The notes below the pieces were generated by a model that searched no databases, was not told the DNA's origin, and worked only from the letters and a program-made list of their open reading frames with translations. A stretch of 32,000 nucleotides of DNA from Nitratidesulfovibrio vulgaris str. Hildenborough. Lineage in GTDB: Bacteria; Desulfobacterota; Desulfovibrionia; Desulfovibrionales; Desulfovibrionaceae. Below, piece after piece: positions 1 through 7,384 of this stretch. The stretch spans positions 3,150,001-3,182,000 of the forward strand of contig NC_002937.3 of assembly GCF_000195755.1 (NCBI RefSeq). Reading direction: 5' to 3'. Each line of letters begins with the position of its first letter. Position 1 is the stretch's first letter. Both the position numbers and the translations under genes were made by a program.

Positions 1-792
1 GCCTCCGAAGGCACGCTCGGCGTGTTCAGCCAGATCACCCTCAAGCTCGTGCCGCCGCCCAAGGCCTCCAAGGCCATGATGGCCGTGTTCGACGACGTCA
101 ACAAGGCGTCCGAGGCCGTTGCCGCCATCATCGCCGCCCACGTGGTTCCCTGCACCCTCGAATTCATGGACAAGTCGTCCATCAACTACGTGGAAGACTT
201 CACCAAGGCAGGCCTGCCGCGTGAAGCCGCCGCCATCCTGCTCATCGAAGTGGACGGCCACCCGGCACAGGTCGAAGACGACGCCGCCACCGTGGTGAAG
301 GCCCTCAACGCCTCCGGCGCCACCGAAGTGCACGTGGCCAAGGACGCCGCAGAGAAGTTCAAGCTGTGGGAAGCCCGCCGCAACGCCCTGCCCGCCCTTG
401 CCCGCGCCCGCGCCACCACCGTGCTTGAAGACGCCACCGTGCCGCGCTCGCAGATTCCTGCCATGGTCAAGGCCATCAACGACATCGCCAAGAAGCACAA
501 CATCGCCATCGGCACCTTCGGTCACGCGGGCGACGGCAACCTGCACCCGACCATCCTGTGCGACCGCCGCGACAAGCACGAGTTCGAGCGCGTCGAGAGC
601 GCCGTCGACGAGATCTTCGACGTGGCCCTTTCGCTGCACGGCACCCTCTCCGGCGAGCACGGCATCGGCCTCGCCAAGTCCAAGTGGATGGAGAAGGAGA
701 CCTCGAAGGCCACCATCGAGTACTCGCGCAACATGAAGCGCGCCATCGACCCGAAGTACATCCTCAACCCCGGCAAGATCATCGGAGCCTAG
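1..792 (+). CDS. glcD: FAD-linked oxidase, C-terminal portion (GlcD-like flavoprotein subunit of a D-lactate/glycolate dehydrogenase); 5' end outside window
   Basis: Frame 1 is open from base 1 (ASEGTLGVFSQITLKLVPPPK...), so the listed ORF 22..792 is only the in-window part. Stop TAG at 790-792. FAD-oxidase C-terminal signatures GTFGHAGDGNLHP, GTLSGEHGIGLAK, DPKYILNPGKI. The Fe-S partner gene starts 4 nt downstream. Confidence 0.9.
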   Translation, partial: ASEGTLGVFSQITLKLVPPPKASKAMMAVFDDVNKASEAVAAIIAAHVVPCTLEFMDKSSINYVEDFTKAGLPREAAAILLIEVDGHPAQVEDDAATVVKALNASGATEVHVAKDAAEKFKLWEARRNALPALARARATTVLEDATVPRSQIPAMVKAINDIAKKHNIAIGTFGHAGDGNLHPTILCDRRDKHEFERVESAVDEIFDVALSLHGTLSGEHGIGLAKSKWMEKETSKATIEYSRNMKRAIDPKYILNPGKIIGA

Positions 793-796
793 AGAC

Positions 797-2092
797 ATGG
801 CCGACCTTACCAAGCTCGCAAAGATGCTTCAGGAGCTGGACGACCACATGGTCGCCTGCATGAAGTGCGGCATGTGTCAGGCAGTCTGCCCGGTGTTCGC
901 CGAGACCATGAAGGAAGCGGACGTCACCCGCGGCAAGATCGCCCTGCTCGAGAACCTCGCCAAGGAGATGGTCTCCGACCCCGAAGGCGTTCAGGAGAAG
1001 CTGAACAAGTGCCTCCTGTGCGGTTCGTGCGGCGCCAACTGTCCCTCCGGCGTCAAGATCATGGACATCTTCCTGCGCGCACGCTGCATCGTGAACTCCT
1101 ACATGGGCCTTTCGCCCGTGAAGAAGGCCATCCTGCGCGGGATGCTGACCAACCCCAAGCTGTTCAACGCCCTGCTCGACATGGGCTCGGTGTTCCAGGG
1201 GCTGTTCACCACCAAGGTGAACGACCTGCTCGGCTCGTCCTGCTCGAAGATACTCTCGCCCATCATCGGCGACCGTCACTTCGTGGGTCTGGCCTCCAAG
1301 TCGCTGCACAGCCGCATCAAGTCGCTGGACACCCCGGCTGGCAAGAGCGGCGTGAAGGTGGCCTTCTTCCCCGGCTGCCTCGGCGACAAGATGTTCACCA
1401 GCGTGGCCGACGCCTGCCTCAAGGTGTTCAGCCACCACGGCGTGGGCGTCTACATGCCCGAGGGAATGGCCTGCTGCGGCATTCCTTCGCTGGCTTCCGG
1501 CGACAGGGTCTCGTATGATAAGCTGGTGAAGCTGAACCTCGACCTCTTCGCCAAGGGCAAGTTCGACTACCTGGTGACGCCGTGCGCGACCTGCACCGCC
1601 ACCATCAAGGAGATCTGGCCCAAGATGATGGGCGACTACCCCTTCGAGATGCGCAAGCAGATCGAGGAACTGGAGAAGAAGACCATGGACGTGAACGCCT
1701 TCGTGGTGGATGTGCTGGGTGTGACCCCGGCCGCCGACGCGCCGAAGGGCAACGTCAAGGTCACGTTCCACGACTCGTGCCACATGAAGAAGTCGCTCGG
1801 CGTCACGGCCCAGCCGCGCAACCTCATCCGCATGAACCCCAAGTACGACCTTGTGGAGATGGCGGAATGCGACCGCTGCTGCGGTTCGGGTGGCAGCTTC
1901 AACCTGTACCACTACGACCTGTCGAAGCAGATTGGCGAGCGCAAGCGTCAGAACATCGTGGACTCGGGCGCACAGGTGGTATCCACCGGTTGCCCCGCCT
2001 GCATGCTCCAGATGACCGACATGCTCTCGCAGCACGGCGACCGCGTGGCGGTGAAGCACTGCATCGAGATATACGCCGATTCGCTCGGTTAG
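797..2092 (+). CDS. Iron-sulfur/CCG-domain subunit (GlcF/GlpC/HdrD-like) partnering the GlcD-like flavoprotein
   Basis: 431 aa. Two ferredoxin-type motifs (CMKCGMCQAVCP, CLLCGSCGANCP) followed by two cysteine-rich CCG repeats (FFPGCLGD...ACCGIPS; FHDSCHMKK...CCGSGGSF). Tightly spaced behind the flavoprotein gene. Confidence 0.9.
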   Translation: MADLTKLAKMLQELDDHMVACMKCGMCQAVCPVFAETMKEADVTRGKIALLENLAKEMVSDPEGVQEKLNKCLLCGSCGANCPSGVKIMDIFLRARCIVNSYMGLSPVKKAILRGMLTNPKLFNALLDMGSVFQGLFTTKVNDLLGSSCSKILSPIIGDRHFVGLASKSLHSRIKSLDTPAGKSGVKVAFFPGCLGDKMFTSVADACLKVFSHHGVGVYMPEGMACCGIPSLASGDRVSYDKLVKLNLDLFAKGKFDYLVTPCATCTATIKEIWPKMMGDYPFEMRKQIEELEKKTMDVNAFVVDVLGVTPAADAPKGNVKVTFHDSCHMKKSLGVTAQPRNLIRMNPKYDLVEMAECDRCCGSGGSFNLYHYDLSKQIGERKRQNIVDSGAQVVSTGCPACMLQMTDMLSQHGDRVAVKHCIEIYADSLG

Positions 2093-2139
2093 GATTAGCG
2101 CAGCACACGTAGCATCCATCGTCCCGCGAGGGACGTGAA

Positions 2140-2170
2140 GACTGCCGCCGGAGACGGTCCGGCGGCAGTC
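2140..2170 (+). other. Intra-operon GC-rich stem-loop (13-bp perfect stem, 5-nt loop), no U-tract
   Basis: GACTGCCGCCGGA (2140-2152) / loop GACGG / TCCGGCGGCAGTC (2158-2170), read directly. Lies between the Fe-S gene stop and the pta start. A GTCCC-GCGA-GGGAC tetraloop hairpin precedes it at 2121-2134. Confidence 0.5.
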
Positions 2171-2215
2171 CATAGAGACCGGTGTCACCGGTACCCAAGG
2201 GAAAAGGAGACAGGT

Positions 2216-4330
2216 ATGTCCAACAATCTGTACATCACCGCGACAGAGTCGAAGAGCGGCAAGTCCGCGGTGGTGCTAGGCATGATGCAACTGCTGCTGC
2301 GCGACGTCCGCAAGGTGGCCTTCTTCAGGCCCATCATCAATCAGGCGTCCACCGACGTCCGCGACCACGACATCAATCTCATCCTGCGTCACTTCGGGCT
2401 CGACATCGCCTACGAGGACACCTACGCGTACTCGCTGCAGGACGCCCGCGAACTGATCAACAACGGTCAGCACGCCACCCTTCTGGACAACATCCTCAAG
2501 AAGTACAAGAAGCTCGAAGACGCCTACGATTTCGTGCTCTGCGAGGGCACCGACTTTCTCGGCAAGGATGCCGCGTTCGAGTTCGAACTCAACGCCGACA
2601 TCGCCGCCAACCTCGGCTGCCCCGTCATGGTGGTGGCCAACGGCCAGCAGAAGGCCGCCCGTGAGCTCATCGCCTCGACGCAGCTGACCATCGACCTTCT
2701 CGACGAGAAGGGCCTCGACGTGGTCACGGCGGTCATCAACCGCGCCACCGTCACCGAAGCCGAGCGCGAAGAGATCATCAAGAGCCTCGAGTGCAAGGTC
2801 AACTGCTCGAACCCGCTCGCCGTGTACGTGCTCCCCGAAGAGTCCACCCTCGGCAAGCCCACCATGAACGACGTCAAGAAGTGGCTCGGCGCACAGGTGC
2901 TCTACGGGCACGGTCGCCTCGACACGCTGGTGGACGACTACATCATCGCCGCCATGCAGATCGGCAACTTCCTCGACTACGTCTCGCAGGGCTGCCTCGT
3001 CATCACTCCCGGCGACCGTTCCGACATCATCCTCTCGAGCCTCGCCTCGCGTCTTTCCACGGCCTATCCCGACATCTCGGGCCTGCTGCTCACCGGCGGC
3101 CTCGAGCCCGCAGCCAACGTCCATCGCCTCATCGAAGGCTGGACGGGCGTGCCCATCCCCATCCTGTCGGTGAAGGACCACACCTACAAGACCATCCAGA
3201 CGCTGAACGAACTGTACGGCAAGATCGAGCCGGACAACGACCGCAAGATCAACACGGCCCTCGCCCTGTTCGAGCGTCATATCGACAGCAGCGAACTCGG
3301 CTCGCGCCTGATCAACCGCAAGTCCAGCCGCATCACGCCCAAGATGTTCGAATTCAACCTCATCGAGAAGGCCAAGCGCAACCGTATGCGCATCGTCCTT
3401 CCCGAAGGGGCCGAAGAGCGCATCCTGCGTGCCGCCGACATCCTCGTGCGCCGCGAAGTGGCCGACATCATCCTGCTGGGCGATGCCAACACCGTAGGCT
3501 CGCGCATCGGCGACCTCGGCCTCGACATGGACGGCGTGCAGATTGTCCAGCCGAACCTCTCGCCCAAGTTCGACGAGTACGTCGCAGCCTACCACGAGTG
3601 CCGCAAGAAGAAGGGCATCAGCATGGAGCAGGCGCGCGACATGATGAACGACCCCACCTACTTCGGCACTATGATGGTGCACAAGGGCGATGCCGACGGC
3701 ATGGTCTCCGGCGCCATCAACACCACCGCACACACCATCCGCCCGGCCTTCGAGTTCATCAAGACCAAGCCCGGCGTGTCCATCGTGTCGAGCGTGTTCC
3801 TGATGTGCCTCAAGGACCGCGTGCTGGTCTTCGGCGACTGCGCAGTGAACCCCAACCCCACTGCCGAACAGCTGGCCGAAATCGCCATCAGCGCCTCGCA
3901 CACCGCCCGTATCTTCGGCGTCGACCCGCGCGTGGCCATGCTCTCGTACTCCACCGGCAGTTCCGGCAAGGGTGCCGACGTGGAGAAGGTCATCGAGGCC
4001 ACCCGCATCGCCAAGGAGCGCGCCCCCGAACTGCTGCTGGAAGGCCCGCTGCAGTACGACGCCGCCATCGACATGGATGTGGCACGCACCAAGCTGCCCG
4101 GCAGCACTGTCGCCGGTCAGGCCACCGTGTTCATCTTCCCCGACCTGAACACCGGCAACAACACCTACAAGGCGGTGCAGCGCGCCGCCGGTGCCGTGGC
4201 CATCGGCCCGGTGCTCCAGGGCCTCAACAAGCCCGTCAACGACCTCTCCCGCGGCTGCACGGTGGCTGACATCGTGAACACCGTCGCGATCACGGCCATA
4301 CAGGCCCAGGCCGAAAAGGGCCTGATCTAA
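2216..4330 (+). CDS. pta: Phosphate acetyltransferase, long form (N-terminal P-loop-like + DRTGG regulatory region, C-terminal PTA_PTB catalytic domain)
   Basis: 704 aa from ATG 2216, which is preceded by AAGGAGA (2204-2210). N-terminus LYITATESKSGKSAVVLG, DRTGG-type ITPGDRSDIILSSL. Catalytic part MRIVLPEGAEERILRAA, GMVSGAINTTAHTIRP, VNDLSRG. The upstream extension to 2135 runs through the 2140-2170 hairpin and is rejected. Confidence 0.93.
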   Translation: MSNNLYITATESKSGKSAVVLGMMQLLLRDVRKVAFFRPIINQASTDVRDHDINLILRHFGLDIAYEDTYAYSLQDARELINNGQHATLLDNILKKYKKLEDAYDFVLCEGTDFLGKDAAFEFELNADIAANLGCPVMVVANGQQKAARELIASTQLTIDLLDEKGLDVVTAVINRATVTEAEREEIIKSLECKVNCSNPLAVYVLPEESTLGKPTMNDVKKWLGAQVLYGHGRLDTLVDDYIIAAMQIGNFLDYVSQGCLVITPGDRSDIILSSLASRLSTAYPDISGLLLTGGLEPAANVHRLIEGWTGVPIPILSVKDHTYKTIQTLNELYGKIEPDNDRKINTALALFERHIDSSELGSRLINRKSSRITPKMFEFNLIEKAKRNRMRIVLPEGAEERILRAADILVRREVADIILLGDANTVGSRIGDLGLDMDGVQIVQPNLSPKFDEYVAAYHECRKKKGISMEQARDMMNDPTYFGTMMVHKGDADGMVSGAINTTAHTIRPAFEFIKTKPGVSIVSSVFLMCLKDRVLVFGDCAVNPNPTAEQLAEIAISASHTARIFGVDPRVAMLSYSTGSSGKGADVEKVIEATRIAKERAPELLLEGPLQYDAAIDMDVARTKLPGSTVAGQATVFIFPDLNTGNNTYKAVQRAAGAVAIGPVLQGLNKPVNDLSRGCTVADIVNTVAITAIQAQAEKGLI

Positions 4331-4355
4331 AGCCTTCGCAAGGACAAGGACTACC

Positions 4356-5564
4356 ATGAACGTACTGGTCATCAATTCCGGCAGCTCGTCCATCAAGTAC
4401 CAGCTCATCGACATGGAGCGCGAGGTACCTCTGTGCTCCGGTCTCGTCGAGCGCATCGGCGAGCCCATGGGCAAGCTCACCCACAAGATACGCCCCGATG
4501 CCGAAGGTGAGGAGAAGCTGACCTTCGAGCAGCCCTTCACCAACCATGTGGAAGGCATGAAGCGCGTCGTGGAACTGATCACCGACGCCGACAAGGGCGT
4601 GATCAAGGACAAGTCCGAGATCGGTGCCATCGGACACCGCGTGCTGCTCGGCGGCGAGGAGATCAAGCAGTCGGTGCGCATCGACGACTGGGCCAAGGGC
4701 GTCATCCGCGACTACATTCCGCTGGGTCCGCTGCACAACCCCGCCAACCTCGCCGGCATCGAAGTGGCTGAAGAACTCTTCCCCGGTCTGCCCAACGTGG
4801 GCGTGTTCGACACCGAGTTCCACCAGTCCATGCCCGCCAAGGCATACCTGTACCCGCTGCCCATCGAGCTGTACGAAGAGCTGAAGATCCGTCGCTACGG
4901 CTTCCACGGCACCTCGCACCGCTACATCACCAAGCGTACGGCGCAGTACCTCGGCAAGCCCCTCGACGAGCTGAACATCATCACCTGTCACCTTGGCAAC
5001 GGCTGTTCCATGGCCGCCGTCAAGAACGGCAAGTGCGTGGACACCACCATGGGCATCACGCCTCTCGAAGGCCTGATGATGGGTACCCGTTGCGGCGACA
5101 TCGACCCCGCCATCGTGCCCTTCCTCATGGAGAAGAAGAACCTCTCGCCCGCCGAAGCCGACACGCTGATGAACAAGCAGTCGGGTCTCAAGGGCATGTG
5201 CGGCATGAACGACATGCGCGACCTGCACGCCGCCCGTGAGAACGGCAACGAACGCGCGCAGCTTGCCTTCGAGATGTTCACCTACCGCATCAAGAAGTAC
5301 ATCGGTGCCTACTACGCCGTTCTCGGTCGTGTCGACGCCGTGGTCTTCACCGCCGGCATCGGCGAGAACGACGACTTCGTGCGCGCCGAAGTGTGCGCCG
5401 GTCTCGACTCGCTGGGCATCGCCGTCGACCCCGCACGCAACGCCGTGCGCAACGGTCAGCCCCGCCACATCAGCCCCGACGGCAGCCGCGTCGCCGTTCT
5501 CGTGGTCCCCACCAACGAAGAACTGGAAATCGCACAGGCGACCCTCGACGTGCTCAAGGGCTAG
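4356..5564 (+). CDS. ackA: Acetate kinase
   Basis: 402 aa. MNVLVINSGSSSIKYQL, GHRVLLGG, YGFHGTSH, ITCHLGNGCS, MGTRCGDIDP, VFTAGIGEN are canonical acetate/propionate kinase motifs. AAGGA lies upstream of the ATG. Confidence 0.95.
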   Translation: MNVLVINSGSSSIKYQLIDMEREVPLCSGLVERIGEPMGKLTHKIRPDAEGEEKLTFEQPFTNHVEGMKRVVELITDADKGVIKDKSEIGAIGHRVLLGGEEIKQSVRIDDWAKGVIRDYIPLGPLHNPANLAGIEVAEELFPGLPNVGVFDTEFHQSMPAKAYLYPLPIELYEELKIRRYGFHGTSHRYITKRTAQYLGKPLDELNIITCHLGNGCSMAAVKNGKCVDTTMGITPLEGLMMGTRCGDIDPAIVPFLMEKKNLSPAEADTLMNKQSGLKGMCGMNDMRDLHAARENGNERAQLAFEMFTYRIKKYIGAYYAVLGRVDAVVFTAGIGENDDFVRAEVCAGLDSLGIAVDPARNAVRNGQPRHISPDGSRVAVLVVPTNEELEIAQATLDVLKG

Positions 5565-5595
5565 GTTCACACAGGCTAACGCATCAGCCACGGAC

Positions 5596-5618
5596 GGGGC
5601 GCGGCAACGCCGCGCCCC
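5596..5618 (+). other. Intra-operon GC-rich stem-loop (10-bp perfect stem, 3-nt loop) after ackA; possible attenuator or processing/stability element
   Basis: GGGGCGCGGC (5596-5605) / AAC / GCCGCGCCCC (5609-5618), read directly. No following U-run. The next gene starts at 5664. Confidence 0.45.
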
Positions 5619-5663
5619 GCACCGTGCTTTCCGGGCGCGACGCGTCCGGCAACGGGAGACGGC

Positions 5664-6755
5664 ATGGTCGGCATCTACATAGGCTCCACGGCAGCGGCAG
5701 CAGGCAAGAACCTCGCCTGCATGGCCCTCGGGCTCGTACTCGGGCGCGACGGACGTTCCGTGGGCTACATGAAGCCCTACGGTCAGCGCCCCCGCATGGT
5801 CGACGACCGCACGGGCGACATCGACGCCATGCTCGTCCAGGAGGTGCTGGGCCAGAACGCCGACCCCGAAGTGGTCACCCCCGTCGTCGAACCCGCCAAC
5901 ATCCGCGCCATGTCGCTACGCGGCGGCAACGCGCTCGAACGTGTGGGCGCAGCCTACACCGCACTCGCCCGAGGGCGCGACGTCATGCTCGTCGGCGGTA
6001 CAGGTTCGCTGTTCCACACCGGACGCGCCCGCGGGCTTGACGGCCTCGCACTGGTGCGCCGTCTCGACCTGCGGGTGGTGCTCGTCGAACGTTACCACCC
6101 GCACCCCGAAGGCGGAGGCATCGACCACGACGCCATCCTCTACGCCGCCGACGTGCTCGGTGACAGGCTGGCGGGCGTGCTGCTGAACGACCTTCCCGAA
6201 TCGTACCAGCGCGACGCCGAAGAGGTGCTCGTGCCCTATCTCGCGGAACACGGCGTCCGCGTACTCGGCCTTGTGCCGCACGACCCGTTGCTGCACGCCA
6301 TTCGTGCCTCCGACCTCGCCGTGAGGCTCGGGGGCAGGCTCGTGTGCGGCGGCAAGGGCTCGCAACGCCTCGTGGAAGGCTTTCTCATCGGCACCATGCA
6401 GGTCGAGAACTTCATGAGCCACTTCCGCCGTCACGCAAACACCGCCACCATCGTCGGCGGCGACCGCACGGACCTGCAACTCGTGGCCCTGGAAGGACAG
6501 TGCCCGTGTCTCGTCCTCACCGGGAACATGCCGCCCGATGAACTCATACGACAGCGATCGGAACAACACGGGGCTCCGGTGATCGTGGTCCGCGAAGACA
6601 CGTACACCGTCGCCCGCAAGATGGAAGAAATCCTCAACAGCCAGAAGCTGCGCGACCTTGTCACCATACGTCGCGGCGCGGACATCGTCGCGGGTGCGCT
6701 CGATCGTGCGGCACTGCTGGCGCAAACTGGCATCCCCAAGGGAGAGAACCGATGA
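5664..6755 (+). CDS. Stand-alone paralogue of the Pta N-terminal regulatory region (P-loop/CobQ-like + DRTGG domain), no catalytic PTA domain; function unknown
   Basis: 363 aa. The N-terminus IYIGSTAAAAGKNLACMALGLVLGRDGRSVGYMKPYGQ parallels Pta LYITATESKSGKSAVVLGMMQLLLRDVRKVAFFRPIINQ. The later segment MQVENFMSHF...IVGGDRTDLQLVAL...LVLTGNMPP parallels Pta MQIGNFLDYV...ITPGDRSDIILSSL...LLLTGGLEP. GGGAGA lies upstream of the ATG. The stop overlaps the next start (ATGA at 6752-6755). Confidence 0.8.
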   Translation: MVGIYIGSTAAAAGKNLACMALGLVLGRDGRSVGYMKPYGQRPRMVDDRTGDIDAMLVQEVLGQNADPEVVTPVVEPANIRAMSLRGGNALERVGAAYTALARGRDVMLVGGTGSLFHTGRARGLDGLALVRRLDLRVVLVERYHPHPEGGGIDHDAILYAADVLGDRLAGVLLNDLPESYQRDAEEVLVPYLAEHGVRVLGLVPHDPLLHAIRASDLAVRLGGRLVCGGKGSQRLVEGFLIGTMQVENFMSHFRRHANTATIVGGDRTDLQLVALEGQCPCLVLTGNMPPDELIRQRSEQHGAPVIVVREDTYTVARKMEEILNSQKLRDLVTIRRGADIVAGALDRAALLAQTGIPKGENR

Positions 6756-7381
6756 GTGGTAACCAGGACCTCGCCCGGCTCATGCGTGAGAAAGCCGAGG
6801 CGATCGCCGCGACCGTCGTAGAACTGAAGGACATCAACGAAGCCTTCGCCTACGCCCTGGACATCTGTGAGAAGAAGGAAGCCTGCCAGTTGCTCATCTC
6901 CGGCTGTGAAGAGAAGCTTTCGGACAACGCCGAAGCCCTCTGCGAGATGAAGCAGAAGAAGATCATCGCCGCGCCCAACCTCAGCGACAAGGAATACGAT
7001 GCCTTCGCGAAGCTCTGCGAAGAGCGTGGCATCGCCTGCGTGCGCGAAGGTCTGCGCAAGCACCTTGCGGGCATCGACATCGGCTTCACCCATGTGACCA
7101 TGGGCATCGCCGAGACCGGCACCTGCGTGGTCAGCTCCAACAGCGAAGAACTGCGCCTTGCCTCCATGATCAGCGAGTTCCATGTGGCCGTGCTGCCCAA
7201 GTCGAAGATCGTCGCCACCTCGTACGATGCCGAGGCGACCCTCAACGAGTTGATGGGCACCGGCAAGCCCCACTACACCGCCTTCATCTCCGGCCCCAGC
7301 CGTACCGCCGACATCGAGCGCGTGCTCTCACTCGGCGTACACGGGCCCCTCGAACTGCATCTCATCCTGGTGGAGGGCTAA
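6752..7381 (+). CDS. lutC: LUD-domain protein, LutC/LldG-like subunit of the Fe-S L-lactate dehydrogenase complex
   Basis: 209 aa. Size, position next to the LutB-like gene and C-terminal pattern (IGFTHVTMGIAETGTCVV...HVAVLPKSKIV...FISGPSRTADIE) fit the LutC/YkgG family. 4-nt overlap with the upstream gene. Confidence 0.8.
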   Translation: MSGNQDLARLMREKAEAIAATVVELKDINEAFAYALDICEKKEACQLLISGCEEKLSDNAEALCEMKQKKIIAAPNLSDKEYDAFAKLCEERGIACVREGLRKHLAGIDIGFTHVTMGIAETGTCVVSSNSEELRLASMISEFHVAVLPKSKIVATSYDAEATLNELMGTGKPHYTAFISGPSRTADIERVLSLGVHGPLELHLILVEG

Positions 7382-7384
7382 ACC

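Noticed and set aside
779-2188. 469-aa minus-strand ORF, with similar ones at 4290..5591, 7328..9553, 10699..11658, 19554..20570 and on the plus strand at 11538..12629, 13981..14985, 22943..23986, 24119..25327
   Set aside because: Each is the mirror frame of a gene with strong family motifs. None has an SD plus a plausible start, and all show antisense-type amino-acid bias.
2135-2215. 27-codon N-terminal extension of pta from the listed ORF start
   Set aside because: The extension overlaps a 13-bp-stem hairpin and has no SD. ATG 2216 has AAGGAGA upstream and gives the canonical Pta N-terminus.
2276-4705. 809-aa ORF on the minus strand spanning pta and the start of ackA
   Set aside because: It is antisense to two unmistakable conserved genes. 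Its composition (Gly/Ala/Val/Asp/His/Arg-rich, no recognisable motifs) is typical of stop-poor antisense frames in high-GC DNA.
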